A DNA stretch of 64,000 nt from the human T2T-CHM13v2.0 reference genome, Homo sapiens. Shown piece after piece: positions 43,104 to 55,465 of this stretch. The DNA is taken from the NCBI RefSeq assembly GCF_009914755.1, contig NC_060941.1; one strand, given 5' to 3'. A program made the position numbers and the translations under genes. The first letter of the stretch is position 1. Each line of letters opens with the position of its first letter. A model generated the notes under the pieces. That model was not told the origin of the DNA. It made no database searches and saw only the letters and a list, made by a program, of their open reading frames with translations.

Positions 43104-45002
43104 TGTGTGTGTGTGTGTGTGTGACGTTTTCATTTAAAAGTTGAAAAATAATCCAGATCTCCATTACCAGCTTTCTAGTTCTTTGGGGACCTAAGGACCT
43201 CCTATGTAGGAACCATTGTTTTGTTGAAACAAATCAGCTATGGCAAACAACTGAAAGAGATCTGGTAGAGCAATGAGTTTCTGAGCAAGTATGAATGAAT
43301 ACAAGGCTTATAAATGTATGGAAGGAAAGCAGACCAAGGGACCCAAAGCCATTGATCGAAGCCTGACATAATTCATTAAGAAAATAACATTTCCAGAAGT
43401 TTTTCAAGATTATCTACTAGAATGTAAGCTCTCTGAGTTGCAGGAACCACCTGTGTGGCCTAATATCCTGCAGCGTTCTCCCTGGACAGACTCAATGCAT
43501 ATTTATTGAATAAATAAATGAATGAGGAGTTCCTTCTTTTATCACCATTGTTTTAACATCCGAATAAACTTTAAAAGGCATCAGGATTAGAAAACCATAT
43601 TAAGATAGATATGGGCATCCAATAGGAGCAGACCCTTGGGACCCTGTTTAAAAAAAGCATCTTGTCAAGAACAATCATTAAGAGACATTATAAAGCACCT
43701 CATTCATTCACACCTGTTGGCTAACAAATCAATGACATGTTCCACAGATGCTTCCTCTTGGATTTGTCCCACTTGAACTCTCCAATATCTTGTTCAAGAT
43801 AGTATACAACCTTAACCACACTCATTTATTCTTCATTTTCACTATGGTGCTCCATCCTGTATTTCCTGCCTCTCCAACACACTAGTTTACCCTCTCTAGT
43901 CCTGCATTTATCCTCTCTCCTTCATCCCATTTCCCACCTACAGAATTTGGTCCAGCATGGGTAATTTCTTGCACACTTTTTGAGTGATTCCTCATAACAA
44001 TTCTATGAAGAAGGCAATGCAAAACTTATTATTGGTCCCATTCTATGGATGGAGAAATTGAAGGTTAGAGATTTAAGAGTGATGACCTCAGATTTCAGTA
44101 AGTGATAGATCTGGGATTCAGAACCAGGTCTCCTTTCCCCAGGATTCTGTTACATTACCAAGGACCTCAACATGGTATACAGCATGCAGTTGCTCAAAGC
44201 CTGACAAAATGAATGATATAAGTCATGTAAGAAGGTTCAGATGATACTAGAGAGCTCTATCTTCCTGTGCCTATGGAATAAAAATATAATTCTTTAGCAT
44301 GATATATAAGATATTCATAATTTGGCTTGTCTGACTTTCCTGCTTTTTTCTCCATGACTGCTCATTATTCCCACAGTACCCAAACCATGCTAACCTGGCA
44401 GGATCCCTTGTCCTCCACCTTCATGCCTCTAAGCCTTTGCCTATGCTGTTTCATCCTCAATGCCTCTCCCACCTTGTTCACCTAGCAAGTTCCAACTCAT
44501 CCTTCTAGAACCTGTTAAGTATGACTTAGGAATCTTTCTCACTGAATGAGGCTTGCTCTCCTCTGTGCCCACAACACTGTTACTTCAGCAGCTTCCACAG
44601 CTCTCAGGATAAGGTCCATATCTTTCTACATGGCAGTCAAGGCCCTTCATGATCTAGATCTTGCTTACATCTTCAGTGTTTTCTTCTCCTATACCTACCA
44701 TGCCCTCTGATGCTATTATCTCTCCATAATGAAATACTTATGGTTTTCACATACACATCACTGTCTGTCTCTCCTCACAGCTTTTGCACACACAGCTCCC
44801 TCTGCCTCCCTCATCACTTTTGCTAGGAAAATTTCAACTTGGTGTTTGTGAGGTCTTAGCTGACGTGTCACATTCTTCTGGAAGCCCGCTGAGTCAGCGT
44901 TGGTGTCAGTCTTCCTTGCTGCCTGAGTGCTTCCGCCATCGTGGTACCTCCTTGCTAGTGTCTCATTGATAAGTACTTAGTGACTGACTTTTCCAGTGCT
45001 AC

Positions 45003-45395
45003 TGTAGTGTGAAGGATCCCCCATCAGGTTACTTAAGGGTGTATATCCACTGCCTGCATCTTGACAGCCGGCTGGTTGGTGAGCTGAGGTCACGGTGACC
45101 AGCCAAAGAGCAGGTGTCCCTGAGAACCCAAACATCCCAGAGTATCTAAGAACCTATCAAGGAAAACAGTCCCATCATGCATGCACAGTAGGCCTAAGAG
45201 CCAGAGAATTAGCTTAAAAGCAGCTTAGAGGTGGGAAGTGGGGCGGATCTCTAGAGGTGCCTTCCTGCCTGCCATCCAGGAGTACCCTATATGTAAATCT
45301 TAACTCATCTGCTTGCCAAGCTGCACTTGTCCAAATCATTCTTCGGTCTCTTGACACCTTCCTAGTTTGGGGATGAAGGTGTTTTTCCCATAACA
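45003..45395 (+). mobile_element. LTR47A-like ERVL solo LTR
   Basis: tgt...caggttacttaagggtgtat...gagcaggtgtccctgagaacccaaacatccc...aattagcttaaaagcagcttagag...taaca; degenerate 5-bp TSD gctac/gttat. Confidence 0.75.
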
Positions 45396-45534
45396 GTTAT
45401 CCTTATAGTTTTTTTTCTTCTTTAATATATTTCCTGCCTTTCCCAGAAGAGTCTGTGATCAGTTTCTCCTTTATTTTCCTTATTGTAGATTCATTTCCAT
45501 CTTTTCAGGTTCCATTCTTCACAGAGTGCTTCCA

Positions 45535-45608
45535 TTGTTTGGGGGTGACTGATGTTTGGGGGTGACTGATTGAGGGTGACTGATGCTATTGTTTGAGGGT
45601 GACTGATG
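45535..45608. repeat. Short minisatellite, 4 copies of g(g/a)gggtgactgat
   Basis: tgtttgggggtgactga x2 followed by two ttgagggtgactgat variants. Confidence 0.85.
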
Positions 45609-46714
45609 TGGTGGAAAGAATGCTGGATGGGGTGCTAGCTCAGGCTCAAGTCCTATCCATTCACTCATTCATTCATTCTTTCAACAGCTATTTACAGAAT
45701 ACTTTCTACCTAAGTGCTAGGTACTATTCTAGGTGATGAAGGGAATAAGCAAAGCCCCTGCCCTCAAAAGGTTTTCCAGTAAGGGAGTTAGACCAGATTA
45801 AAAAAAGATAATCACATATACAATGTAATATATACTAGTGGTAAGTGTTATGTGAAAAAACATTGCTATGATATTGCTCATCCTATCCTGGACAAACCTG
45901 TTAAAGCTCTCTGAAACTAAATGTTATAAAATAACATTCTAAAATGGTGCTAATAATATCTGCTCTAAATAACTAGCAAGGGTGGCTATGAGGCTCACAT
46001 ATGAAAGAATAGAAATGCATTTTTGAAAACAGATGAAGTATATGCCTTTATTGTTATTATTTTAATTTTGATGTAATGCAGTGTCTATTTGCCCTTTCCA
46101 AGAGCCAACACATGAATTTTAAAAAAATATCCATCAGTCATTTAGATGTTTGAAAATGAGCAAATGTCTGGCTGACAGCCTCAGTCTTCATCTGAATGTT
46201 TGGTTAACCTATCTGCATGGTTGGAAAAGTCATGCGTTTACTGCTGTGCCCTTGAAAGCATCAATCTCTAGGATTATTATTTTTTTCTTACACTATTGAG
46301 ATAATGGTAATTTTCCTGTCTAAATATAAATTTTAAATGGGCATTTTCATGCCCACTTTGAAAAACAAGCTAAGCAGGACTGTCCATCTCACATAAATGT
46401 TATTTATATTTCTATGTAGCTCGTTTTTATTTGGGGCATATGTGAATTCCAACAATGTGTAGGAGAATATTAAATCATTACCCATGAAACTTAGGAATCA
46501 AATTTAATTTTGCAACTGTTTGCAAAATTTCAAAAAATTGCAGCATACTTTATGTAGCTTTATAAAGGATTAATACATAAAAATAAACTAAGCAATGCCT
46601 TTTCTATATTACATTTTGCTAAAGAATGTTTTGATGTCAACTTTTTTGAAAGCTGACTAGAAGTGAGGAGAGAATGTAGCAAATAGAGGAGAGCACTGGC
46701 CTCTTTACTTATAT

Positions 46715-47290
46715 ATTTGTATATTTATTTGCAATTATACAATAAGATGTGAACACATGCTCACAATAATTCAGACAGTAATTAAAAGGCTCAAGTTCCT
46801 TTTACCTATTCTGTTCCCTCATCATAACCTTACCCCAACCATGAAGTGATTACTGTTATCAATTTGGTATGTATCCTTCTAGAATTTTTAGTATGTAATC
46901 ACAAACATATATATGGATTTTACATAAATAGCACGCTATACATATTGTCCAGCAAGTTTGTTTTTGACATATGTCTTGGAGACTTTACCATGTGGGGACA
47001 TCGAGTTCTAGCATATTCTTTTTCACTGTGGCATAGTATTGTATTACATGGATCCACTACAGTTTACCTACCCCATTTCTGGTGGGTGGGCTTTTGGGCT
47101 GTTTCTGATGTACTATGCTGTATATGGTTCCCAGCACACATGCATGCATATTTCTCCAGGGTATACACTGAGAGGTATAATTGTGGCTTCAGAAGTATTC
47201 ACTTCCTTTCCTCCATTTAAATTTAAATAGACACTGCAGACTTGCCCTCCAATAATGAAGTAACAATGTACACTTCCACCAACAGAATCC
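46715..47290 (-). mobile_element. L1ME-type fragment
   Basis: tactgttatcaatttggtatgtatccttc; gcatagtattgtattacatgg; tttctccagggtatacac.gagaggtataattg; ttgccctccaa. Confidence 0.7.
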
Positions 47291-49554
47291 ACTCCAGTTA
47301 AGCATCTCTGTGGTATTCTAGGGAGGTAGTCAGTTGGGCAGAAGAGGCTGGTGTCCTCTAGCTCTCTGAGGGTTATGAACATACATTCAGTAGGTAAATC
47401 CCAAGAGGTGAAAGGATCTCAGCTGGCAATGGTTCTCCCCTTTTCATTTCACTAGAGTGAACTCCTTTTTAATGCTTCTTTGTCCTTTCTTATTTCGGTT
47501 TTTAGCTGAAATAAGATGTGACATGCTCACAATAATTCAGACAGTACTTAAAAGGCTAGATCTTTGATAACAGATATCCTGTGAACCTGTGTTTCACCTG
47601 ACCATTAAAATCGTTCTTTGGAATTAATAACAACTACCGTTGATTAACTGACACACACTTTGGATGTACTATCTCAATACATCCTCAAAATACATCCTCA
47701 GAATAACTCTGTAAGATAGGTATTGCTTTGATCTACATTTTTCAAATGAGTACACAAAGAGGTATGTAAATCTACCCAGGGACATAAGGGCTATTAAGAC
47801 ATAGAGCAGAAATCTGAATCTGGGCTGGGTGGTTTCCAACCCCAGTTCTGGGGCTATGAGCCACTGGGCTCTACTGCAAGCAATCATTCCCTTCTCTGCT
47901 CTCCTAAGCCTGTTTATCTCTGCCTCCCTTGCATCAGGCATTGCTTTCTACCTTTTATTAGTTATTTGTCAATAGGATTTATCTTATCTTTTAGCCTGTT
48001 AGCTTCTCAACTGAAAAATGCATGGATGAGTCACCTCTGTCTCCAAGACCATTTCAAAAAATACAGTACCTCAAACACAGTAGGAACTTGATAAATATAT
48101 CTTGAAAGAAAGATGTACTTACCACTCAGCTTCACAAAACTTCTCCCTTACAATCCAAGATCACTGACTGTCCCCCTGCTGAATCTGACAATGGCCTTCA
48201 TGGGTCGTCCACTGTGGCATCTTTTCAGGAGGTAATTCTCATATCAGAACTTCTAGATACGAATGGCTTCTAATCCTATCTCTACCACTGAGAACCATTT
48301 TCTTTATGGCCCATTCTCACACGACACCACTGATGCAGGATCTGATGTCTTCATGTGAGTTAATTTATCTGATACGTTAATTAGAATTAATTTGCCTTAA
48401 TTGATCAATTGGAGACATTCATATCTTGCAGCCCTTCACTTCTAAACCCTGTTTTCTAACTTTCCCTCCCAGACCTCTTCTTCTAGCATTTAACCCCAGA
48501 TTTTAGTCTTTTGGGCATGCCTTTATTCTGCTTTCCAGCTCAGCTGCTGAGGGAAATCCTGATTTGACTGCCTGGCTTCCATGGCAGCTAAACATCTGGA
48601 TACTATCTTTTGAATCACCTTCCAATTCATGCTCTAATTCCCATGGGTGAATCACACCCTACCCATGACTAAGGCAAATCCTCACTATTTCAGTTAGACC
48701 CAGCATCTTGAGTTCCTGTTTATTCGAATGGTAACTGAAATAACATATAACAAACACTGTAACAAGGACTATCAGTGTTCTATTGAAAGAAGTGGCCCTC
48801 GTGTAAAGAAGACTAAGCCACCACTTTCTCCTCTACCTCTCTGTAGCCTACTCATCCTGAAAGCCATAGTCCATGTTGCCTTCCTCAACTGTCCCCAACA
48901 GTTATTAGGATACTTATTAACTTCTGATATTCATCAACCAAACTAGCATTTAATTATATATGGTCTTATATTGTTTTATGTGATCTATCATCTCCCTTAT
49001 TAAGCAAAAAGCTTCTTGTAGCAGGGAACAAACATATTGCCATACTCTCCTTTATCATCATTGTCCTCTTCACCATTGCAAATATTTTCTTTAACTTATT
49101 GAGTGCAGAATGCTTTACATGAATTAATTCATTTAATCTTCACAAGAACACTATGAGGTAGATGCCATTGCTATCCTCGTTATGGATATGAGAAAACTGA
49201 GCACAGAGAGGATAAGTAACTTGCTTAAGATCACATGGATATACTATGTGGTGAATCAGGTATTTGAATCTTGGCAGCCTGGTTCTAGAATCTAAGAGCT
49301 TAACCAGTGAGACTTTCTTTCATGTGATCCTTTTATAGTACCAAAAACAGCTGAGAACGTACATAGTACTAAATAGTAATAAATAAGTACAAAGTAAGTA
49401 CTCATTAGATGCCTAATTTACAGTTTGATGCCCATGGGCTTTTCAGTGTCCTTGAGTCCTCTCTATCATCATCTCAAGACTCAACTGCATATAGTTCAAC
49501 TACTTAACATAGGCCTGGACACAGGGAAGGGGTCAGACTGGAACAAGATTTGTT

Positions 49555-50828
49555 GACAATTCTGCACAGAAAAGGAAACAGTCAACAGAATAAAGACAAC
49601 ACCAGTAGAATGGAAGAAAATATATGCAAACCAGATATTTGATAAGGGGTTAATATCCAAAATATACAAGAAACTCAATAGTAATAAAACAACTCACTTT
49701 AAAAATAGCCAAAGGACCTGAATAGACGTTTTTCAAAAGAAAGCATATAAAGAGCTAACAGGTATAAGAAAAAATGCTCAACATCACTAATCATTAGTGA
49801 AATGAAATAAAAATTTAAACCACAATGAGATATCACCTTATTCATGTTAGAATGTCTCTTAATAAAAAGATGAAAGATAACAAGTGTTGGTGAGGATATG
49901 GAGAAAAGGGATCCCTTGTGCACTGTTGGTGAGAATGCAAATTAATACAGCCATTAAGAAAAAAAGTATGGTGGTTCCTCAAAAAATTTAAAATAGTACT
50001 AACATATGACCCAGCAATCCCACTTCTAGGTGTATATCCAGAGTATATGGGATCAGAGGTTGAAGAGATATCTACATTCTCATGTTTACTGCAGCACTGT
50101 TCACAGTAGCTAAAACATGGAATCCATCTAAATGTCCATCAATTGATGAATGAATAAAGAAATGTGGTATACACACAAATAGAATACTATCCAGCCTTAA
50201 AATAGAAGGAAACTCTGTCATTTGCAACACCATGTATAAACCTAGAGAACACTACATTAATTGAAATAAGTCAGAAAAAGACAAATATCGCATTATCTCA
50301 CTTATATGTGGAACGTAATAAAGTTGAACTCATAGAAGCAGAGAATAGAATGGTGGTTACTAGCGACTAGATGGTGCAGGGTTGGGGAGATGGCGGTCAA
50401 AGGATATACATGTCTTTTTTTCTTCTTTCTTTCTTTTTTTTTGAGATGGGGTCTTGCCCTGTTGCCCAGGCTGGAGTTCAGTGGCACTATCATAGTTCAC
50501 TAAAGCCTCAGACTCTTGGGCTCAAGTGATCCTTCCACCTCAGCCTCCTGAGTAGCTGTGACAACAGGCACACACCACCAAAGGATATAAATTTCAGTTA
50601 GACAGCAGGAATCAGTTCAAGAGATCTATTGTACACCATGGTGACTATAGTGAATAACTATGTATTGTATACTCGAAAATTGCTAAAGGAGTAGATTCTA
50701 AGTGTTTTTTAAAAATAAGAATGTGAGGTAATGCATATGTATAATTAGCTTGATTTATCTATCCCACAATGTATACATAAATCAAAACACAATATTACAT
50801 ATGATAAATATATACTATATTTATTTTT
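49555..50828 (+). mobile_element. L1MA (about MA6-8) ORF2 end and 3' UTR; terminal bases resume at 51917-51950
   Basis: ttctgcacagaaaaggaaacagtcaacaga...gacccagcaatcccacttctagg...ttcaagagatctattgtacaccatggtgactatagt. Confidence 0.9.
50413..50578 (-). mobile_element. FRAM / 5'-truncated AluJ right arm inside L1MA
   Basis: atcatagttcact...gggctcaagtgatcc; TSD caaaggatata at 50398-50408 and 50579-50589. Confidence 0.85.
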
Positions 50829-51916
50829 ATTTTATTTTTTTTTAGACTATAAACATAAATATTATTGTTTGGCATTACCCCAAAGTTCCCCTTTAAAAAA
50901 ACAAATAAATGGAAATAATATATATTTGAGTGTTCTGTCTCTACTTTCTTTGAACCAAGGAGGCCTCATACTTTATGAGTTTGTTCCACCCTCTTCTAAT
51001 ATATCTGTCAACAGAGCATGGCAACAGTGTTACAAAATTTAATGTTTTAAAATTTTGAACAAATTAAAAACATGAAATTTATATTTCTCTTACATTTTAC
51101 TATTCTCTAATGAGGGAAAATGATTTAAATTTTGGACTAAATGCAACCAGTATATAAAATAATTCTCTTCTGAGTGATAGTGAAACAATTACTGAATTAC
51201 AACTATATGCAGAAAGTATTTTTGCCTAACATGTTTTCCATGTGACTAACATTATAGCTCATTGCAAGTGGTTTATTTGTTTTATAATTAATAAAGAAGT
51301 CCAGGTGGAGTTTAACACAAAAACAGAAGATAGAGAGCATTTAATTTTGTAGAGAGCTTTCAGTACTAAAATAGGTAGTCAGAATTTTCTGACTTTAATG
51401 GAGTCAGAAACTGGGTAACTTTCATTCTTTTAACTTAAATCAGTTTCTGGATTTAGTTTATCAAAATAGACTATATTGTATGTGTATTGGTGAACTAGAA
51501 ATAGATCAGCTCTCAAGAAAATGTGGCACATATACACCATGAAATACTATGCAGCCATAAAAAATGATGAGTTCATGTCCTTTGTAGGGATATGGATGAA
51601 ATTGGAAATCATCATTCTCAGTAAACTATAGCTAGGACAAAAAACCAAACACTGCATGTTCTCACTCATAGATGGGAATTGAACAATGAGAACACATGGA
51701 CACAGGAAGGGGAACATCACATTCTGGGGACTGTTGTGGGGTGGGGGAAAGGGGGAGGGATAGCATTAGGAGATATACCTAATGCTAAATGATGAGTTAA
51801 TGGGTACAGCACACCAGCATAGCACATGTATACATAGCACATGTATACATGTATACATAGGGCACATTATGTACATGTACCCTAAAACTTAAAGTATAAT
51901 AATAATAAAAAAAGAA
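50829..51916 (-). mobile_element. Composite insertion: poly(A) tail, ~670 bp non-repeat sequence and inverted L1PA3-like 3' end (putative twin-primed 3' transduction)
   Basis: 17-bp TSD atactat(a/t)tttattttt at 50812-50828 and 51917-51933; T-rich tail to 50843; TTTT/AA endonuclease site. Confidence 0.7.
51515..51916 (+). mobile_element. L1PA3-like 3' end
   Basis: aagaaaatgtggcacatatacacc...ggatgaaattggaaatcatcattctcagtaaacta...ggacaaaaaacc...gcattaggagatatacctaatgctaaatga...ccctaaaacttaaagtataataat. Confidence 0.9.
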
Positions 51917-54777
51917 ATACTATTTTTATTTTTAAATTAAAAAAATTAAAACAGCTTGTCCCCAAGAGCTGTGGAAGCAATGGAGAGGCAGACTCAGAGG
52001 AAGACGCTGCAAGAGAGATGGTTTGACTGGAGAGGCACTGAGCATGACAACAACAGGATATGGTCCAGATGTGGCAGACAGTAAAGCACATGGGGGGCTA
52101 AGAAAATGGACTTTGAAAGAGGACTGCCTAAACTGGAATCCCAGTGCCACAGAGTGCTACTCATGGAACTGTTGTGAGCTATGTGAGTCAATTCTTCTAA
52201 AGTACTAAGCACAGTAAAGGAGAAAGGTGTGCTGTACCTGTTAACTGCTATATTATTCTGAATAATTAGAATGAAGACCAATATCTGACTTCTGGGTTTC
52301 TGACTTATATGTGGGGCACAGCAACAGGGAATGAAGGCACAGTGAACATGCAGAATTCAGCATCTTTCCTCAGGCTCTGGCCATCTGAGCACACTTGGTT
52401 TTAGTGAAGTTAGCTTATAGGCAGTTCTAGAAACAAATTTAGGGAGGATTTGGGGCCCTAAGCCTAGAGATTCCAAGGTCCTTGTATAGGTTAACACAAT
52501 AGAAATGCATGTACCAGGTACAGAAGAGAGGGCCCTCATCAGGACTGGGGTACAAACTGGGGACTTGGTCCAGACACAGGTGACATCTCGTGGCTCAACC
52601 GAGGCACAGGACCACAGTGAGACAACAGCAAGGGTACCTTGGAGCAGAGCCTAATATATGGGGTGGAATTACAGGGCTTAAATCAGTGCTACCTCTTCTC
52701 AGGAGTAGCGCAGAGGACCATGGGCAGGCTGAGTATGCAGATAAGGATTATATGACTCCAAAGGTAAGGAAAAGCTGGGAGTTGGGCTGGACCTAATCCA
52801 TGTTGCATGGAGCTGCTTCACTGCCCTGTCTGGGCCTCACCTTCTTGGTGAGCAAGCAATCTGGTACCATGCCCTTTGGTGAAATCAGGCATGGAACAGG
52901 TGACTGACCTTGGGGAACGAAAGCCAAGCTGCCATTCATCACAGCCCATGGTGCAAACCTCTAAGGTAAGCCTTGGAGCCTCCAGCGCCCCAGCGGTGGG
53001 GCATCCGTCCTCTGGGCAGGGAGCTTCAATTCACACAGCAGGAGAGCCATAACATAGCAGGAGACACACAGAAGGCCTTTAAATGTCTATTTTTTAAAGT
53101 GGTTAGCAAAGCAGGAGAGAAACTGTCAGAGATCCGCAATGCAGAGTTTAATCTGGAAAGTCAGCGAAGAGGTGGAAGGAAACAGAAAACAGGAGACTGG
53201 AAGAAGAGGCTTCAGGATTTGGGGAGAGCAAAGCAAAAAGTGTTAACAAGAAAAAAAAAACAGTTGCATATCAGAAACTGCTCAATTCTCATGTCAACAT
53301 TTACAGAACACTGTTTTCCATTTTTCCGACTGCTCTATGCATTTGACAAATTTTTACTTGTTCTTAATTCTAGCTCAAAGTTCACCTCCTTTAGACAAAG
53401 CCATACCCTCTTCTGGCCTCTGTTTTAATAGATACAATGTTTGTAATAGCATATTTCAAAATATTGTGTAATGAATTGTGACTCTGGATATTATAGCCAC
53501 TCATCATTTTCTTGAGGATATTTATCCTTATATCCCCAGGACTTAGTAAAGTTCCTGGCACATATTAGCTAATGGTCAATTAATGGTCACTTAATGAATA
53601 GAAGATTAATGAATGAAGAAGGAACCAAGGAGGGAAGATGCTTTATGACTGTACAGGGTGCATGCGAGGGGAGGCAGGAAGTGAGATCTATAAAGGTGTC
53701 TTAGCATATCATGCTGGTGATGTGAGCCAAGCTAAGCATTGCAGCTTTCATCCACTGGCAAGGTAGCATAATAAAAGGCTGTAAAGCAGAATGTTTCAAA
53801 GAGCTGTTCCCCCAGTGCCATCTTCACTCTATACGTTATTAATCTCATTTCTTCCCTACTTCGAACTAATGTGCTCACATTCAAAGATTTGGCATATATA
53901 GACCCATTTAAAACAAAATGTTTCAAGTTCTCCAGAAAATAATCCTAAACCTCAACTTCTTCAAGAAATAATCCTAAAATAACCTCCCATCAGCTTCTTT
54001 GTTACTCAGTATTTTATTCTTAACTTATTGTAACCTTGTACCTATTTATTTGTCCCTTGGGAGATGATGGTTTTCTTTAAGAGTTATGAGTGTACTTTCT
54101 AGTGCCAAACTTGGGTTCAAAGCCTAGCTCATCCACCCACAAGCTTTCTGTCTTTAACTAAATTATTTAATATCACTGAGTCTCAGTCTGTTCACCTCTA
54201 TAGGCATGATAAATAATGCCTATCCACATGATTTCGGTAAGAATTGAAGGCTATTGTAAAGTTTAAACATGAACTAAACAATCAATACCAGCAGCTAGTA
54301 ATAGTGGTTCTGCCAATATTAGTTAAAAATAATAATAATAGTAAGTTTGTTCTTATGCCCTGGCATACTCTCTGGGAGAAAGAATCATCTTCTCTTTCTT
54401 AGGTTATTATTTCTTTTTCTCTCCCCTCCTACAACTGCACATCTGCCTCTTCCCTTCACAGTATTTTGCAATTCTCTGTGTGACTCAAAGCAGAGCTCAG
54501 GTTATGCATGACAGCTGCCTCTTCCACTGTGCCCTGGCACCATGGATGTCACTGCCATCCTCCACCCCATGCATGAGCCAGAACCCTGGGCTCCTTCTGA
54601 CTCACCATTCTCCCTCACCCCCACCATACACAGTTCATCAGGCTCTGTGAATCCACATCCTGAACGGCTCCTGATGCTGGCCATTGCTCTCCATGTGTGC
54701 CATCACCTTCAACAGGTTACCTGCATCTCCAACCCAGACTGCCACCAGAGCCTCCTGACTGCCCTCCTGAGGTCGCC

Positions 54778-55465
54778 TGTGAGAAATAAAAATGGAATCC
54801 TAAGCCCCCCAACTGAATGGACCCTCTATTGGCCAAGGGGACCCCAGATTAACCTTAAAAATTGAGTTCTCAGCCATGACAGGATGAGAGGTCAGACATG
54901 CCTCAGTATATCCCTCCCTCGCTAACCATGTTAGGCTTTCCTCCCTAAGGGATAAACAGAAACTAGCTCTTTGGAAAGACTCCACTTTTGATACCAACAA
55001 ACCACCTGATGCTGCCCCTCCTTTTTTTGCCTGAGAAAAGACCACTGACCATGCAGTGGTTCTGGCCAGTCTATGGAGAATGTGCAGTAAAGGCTTTTGT
55101 GTCCTCTGCTTCACCTTTTGACATCAGAGAGCTCAAAACTCCACCCTTGGATCATGCTAATGCTACCATTTTTTTTGTACATGGGACCCACAAATGGGCA
55201 TGAAGTTCAATTGCACAGGACCACGTTTCTCCTTTCATGAATATTCATGACTCCTCCTATAGCTTATTAAATATGTATATTTGGCCACCTTGCTCAGCGC
55301 ACGTTCCTATTCCCTTTACCTCTCCCTTGAAGTGTCTGTTTCTAGCTTCTGGCAAGAGGCTATGCTTCCTAGCCTGTGGGAATGGGCACCCTGCAGGCTG
55401 CAACACTTTATGAGAAATAAAGCTGTTTTCCCAAATTTATGAATCTTGTCATTCTTCAGTTGATA
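54778..55465 (+). mobile_element. MER50 solo LTR (ERV1) inserted in L2
   Basis: tgtgagaaataaaaat..aatcctaagccccccaac...ggccaaggggaccccaga...gcaggctgcaac..tttatgagaaataaagc...cattcttcagttga. Confidence 0.85.

Noticed and set aside
45535-45608. Repeat-spacer appearance resembling a CRISPR array
   Set aside because: Human DNA; spacers are only a few bp and related to each other; no cas genes.
52973-53428. Longest ORF (151 aa)
   Set aside because: Starts at TTG, runs through A-rich low-complexity and L2-like sequence, and has no recognisable domain.
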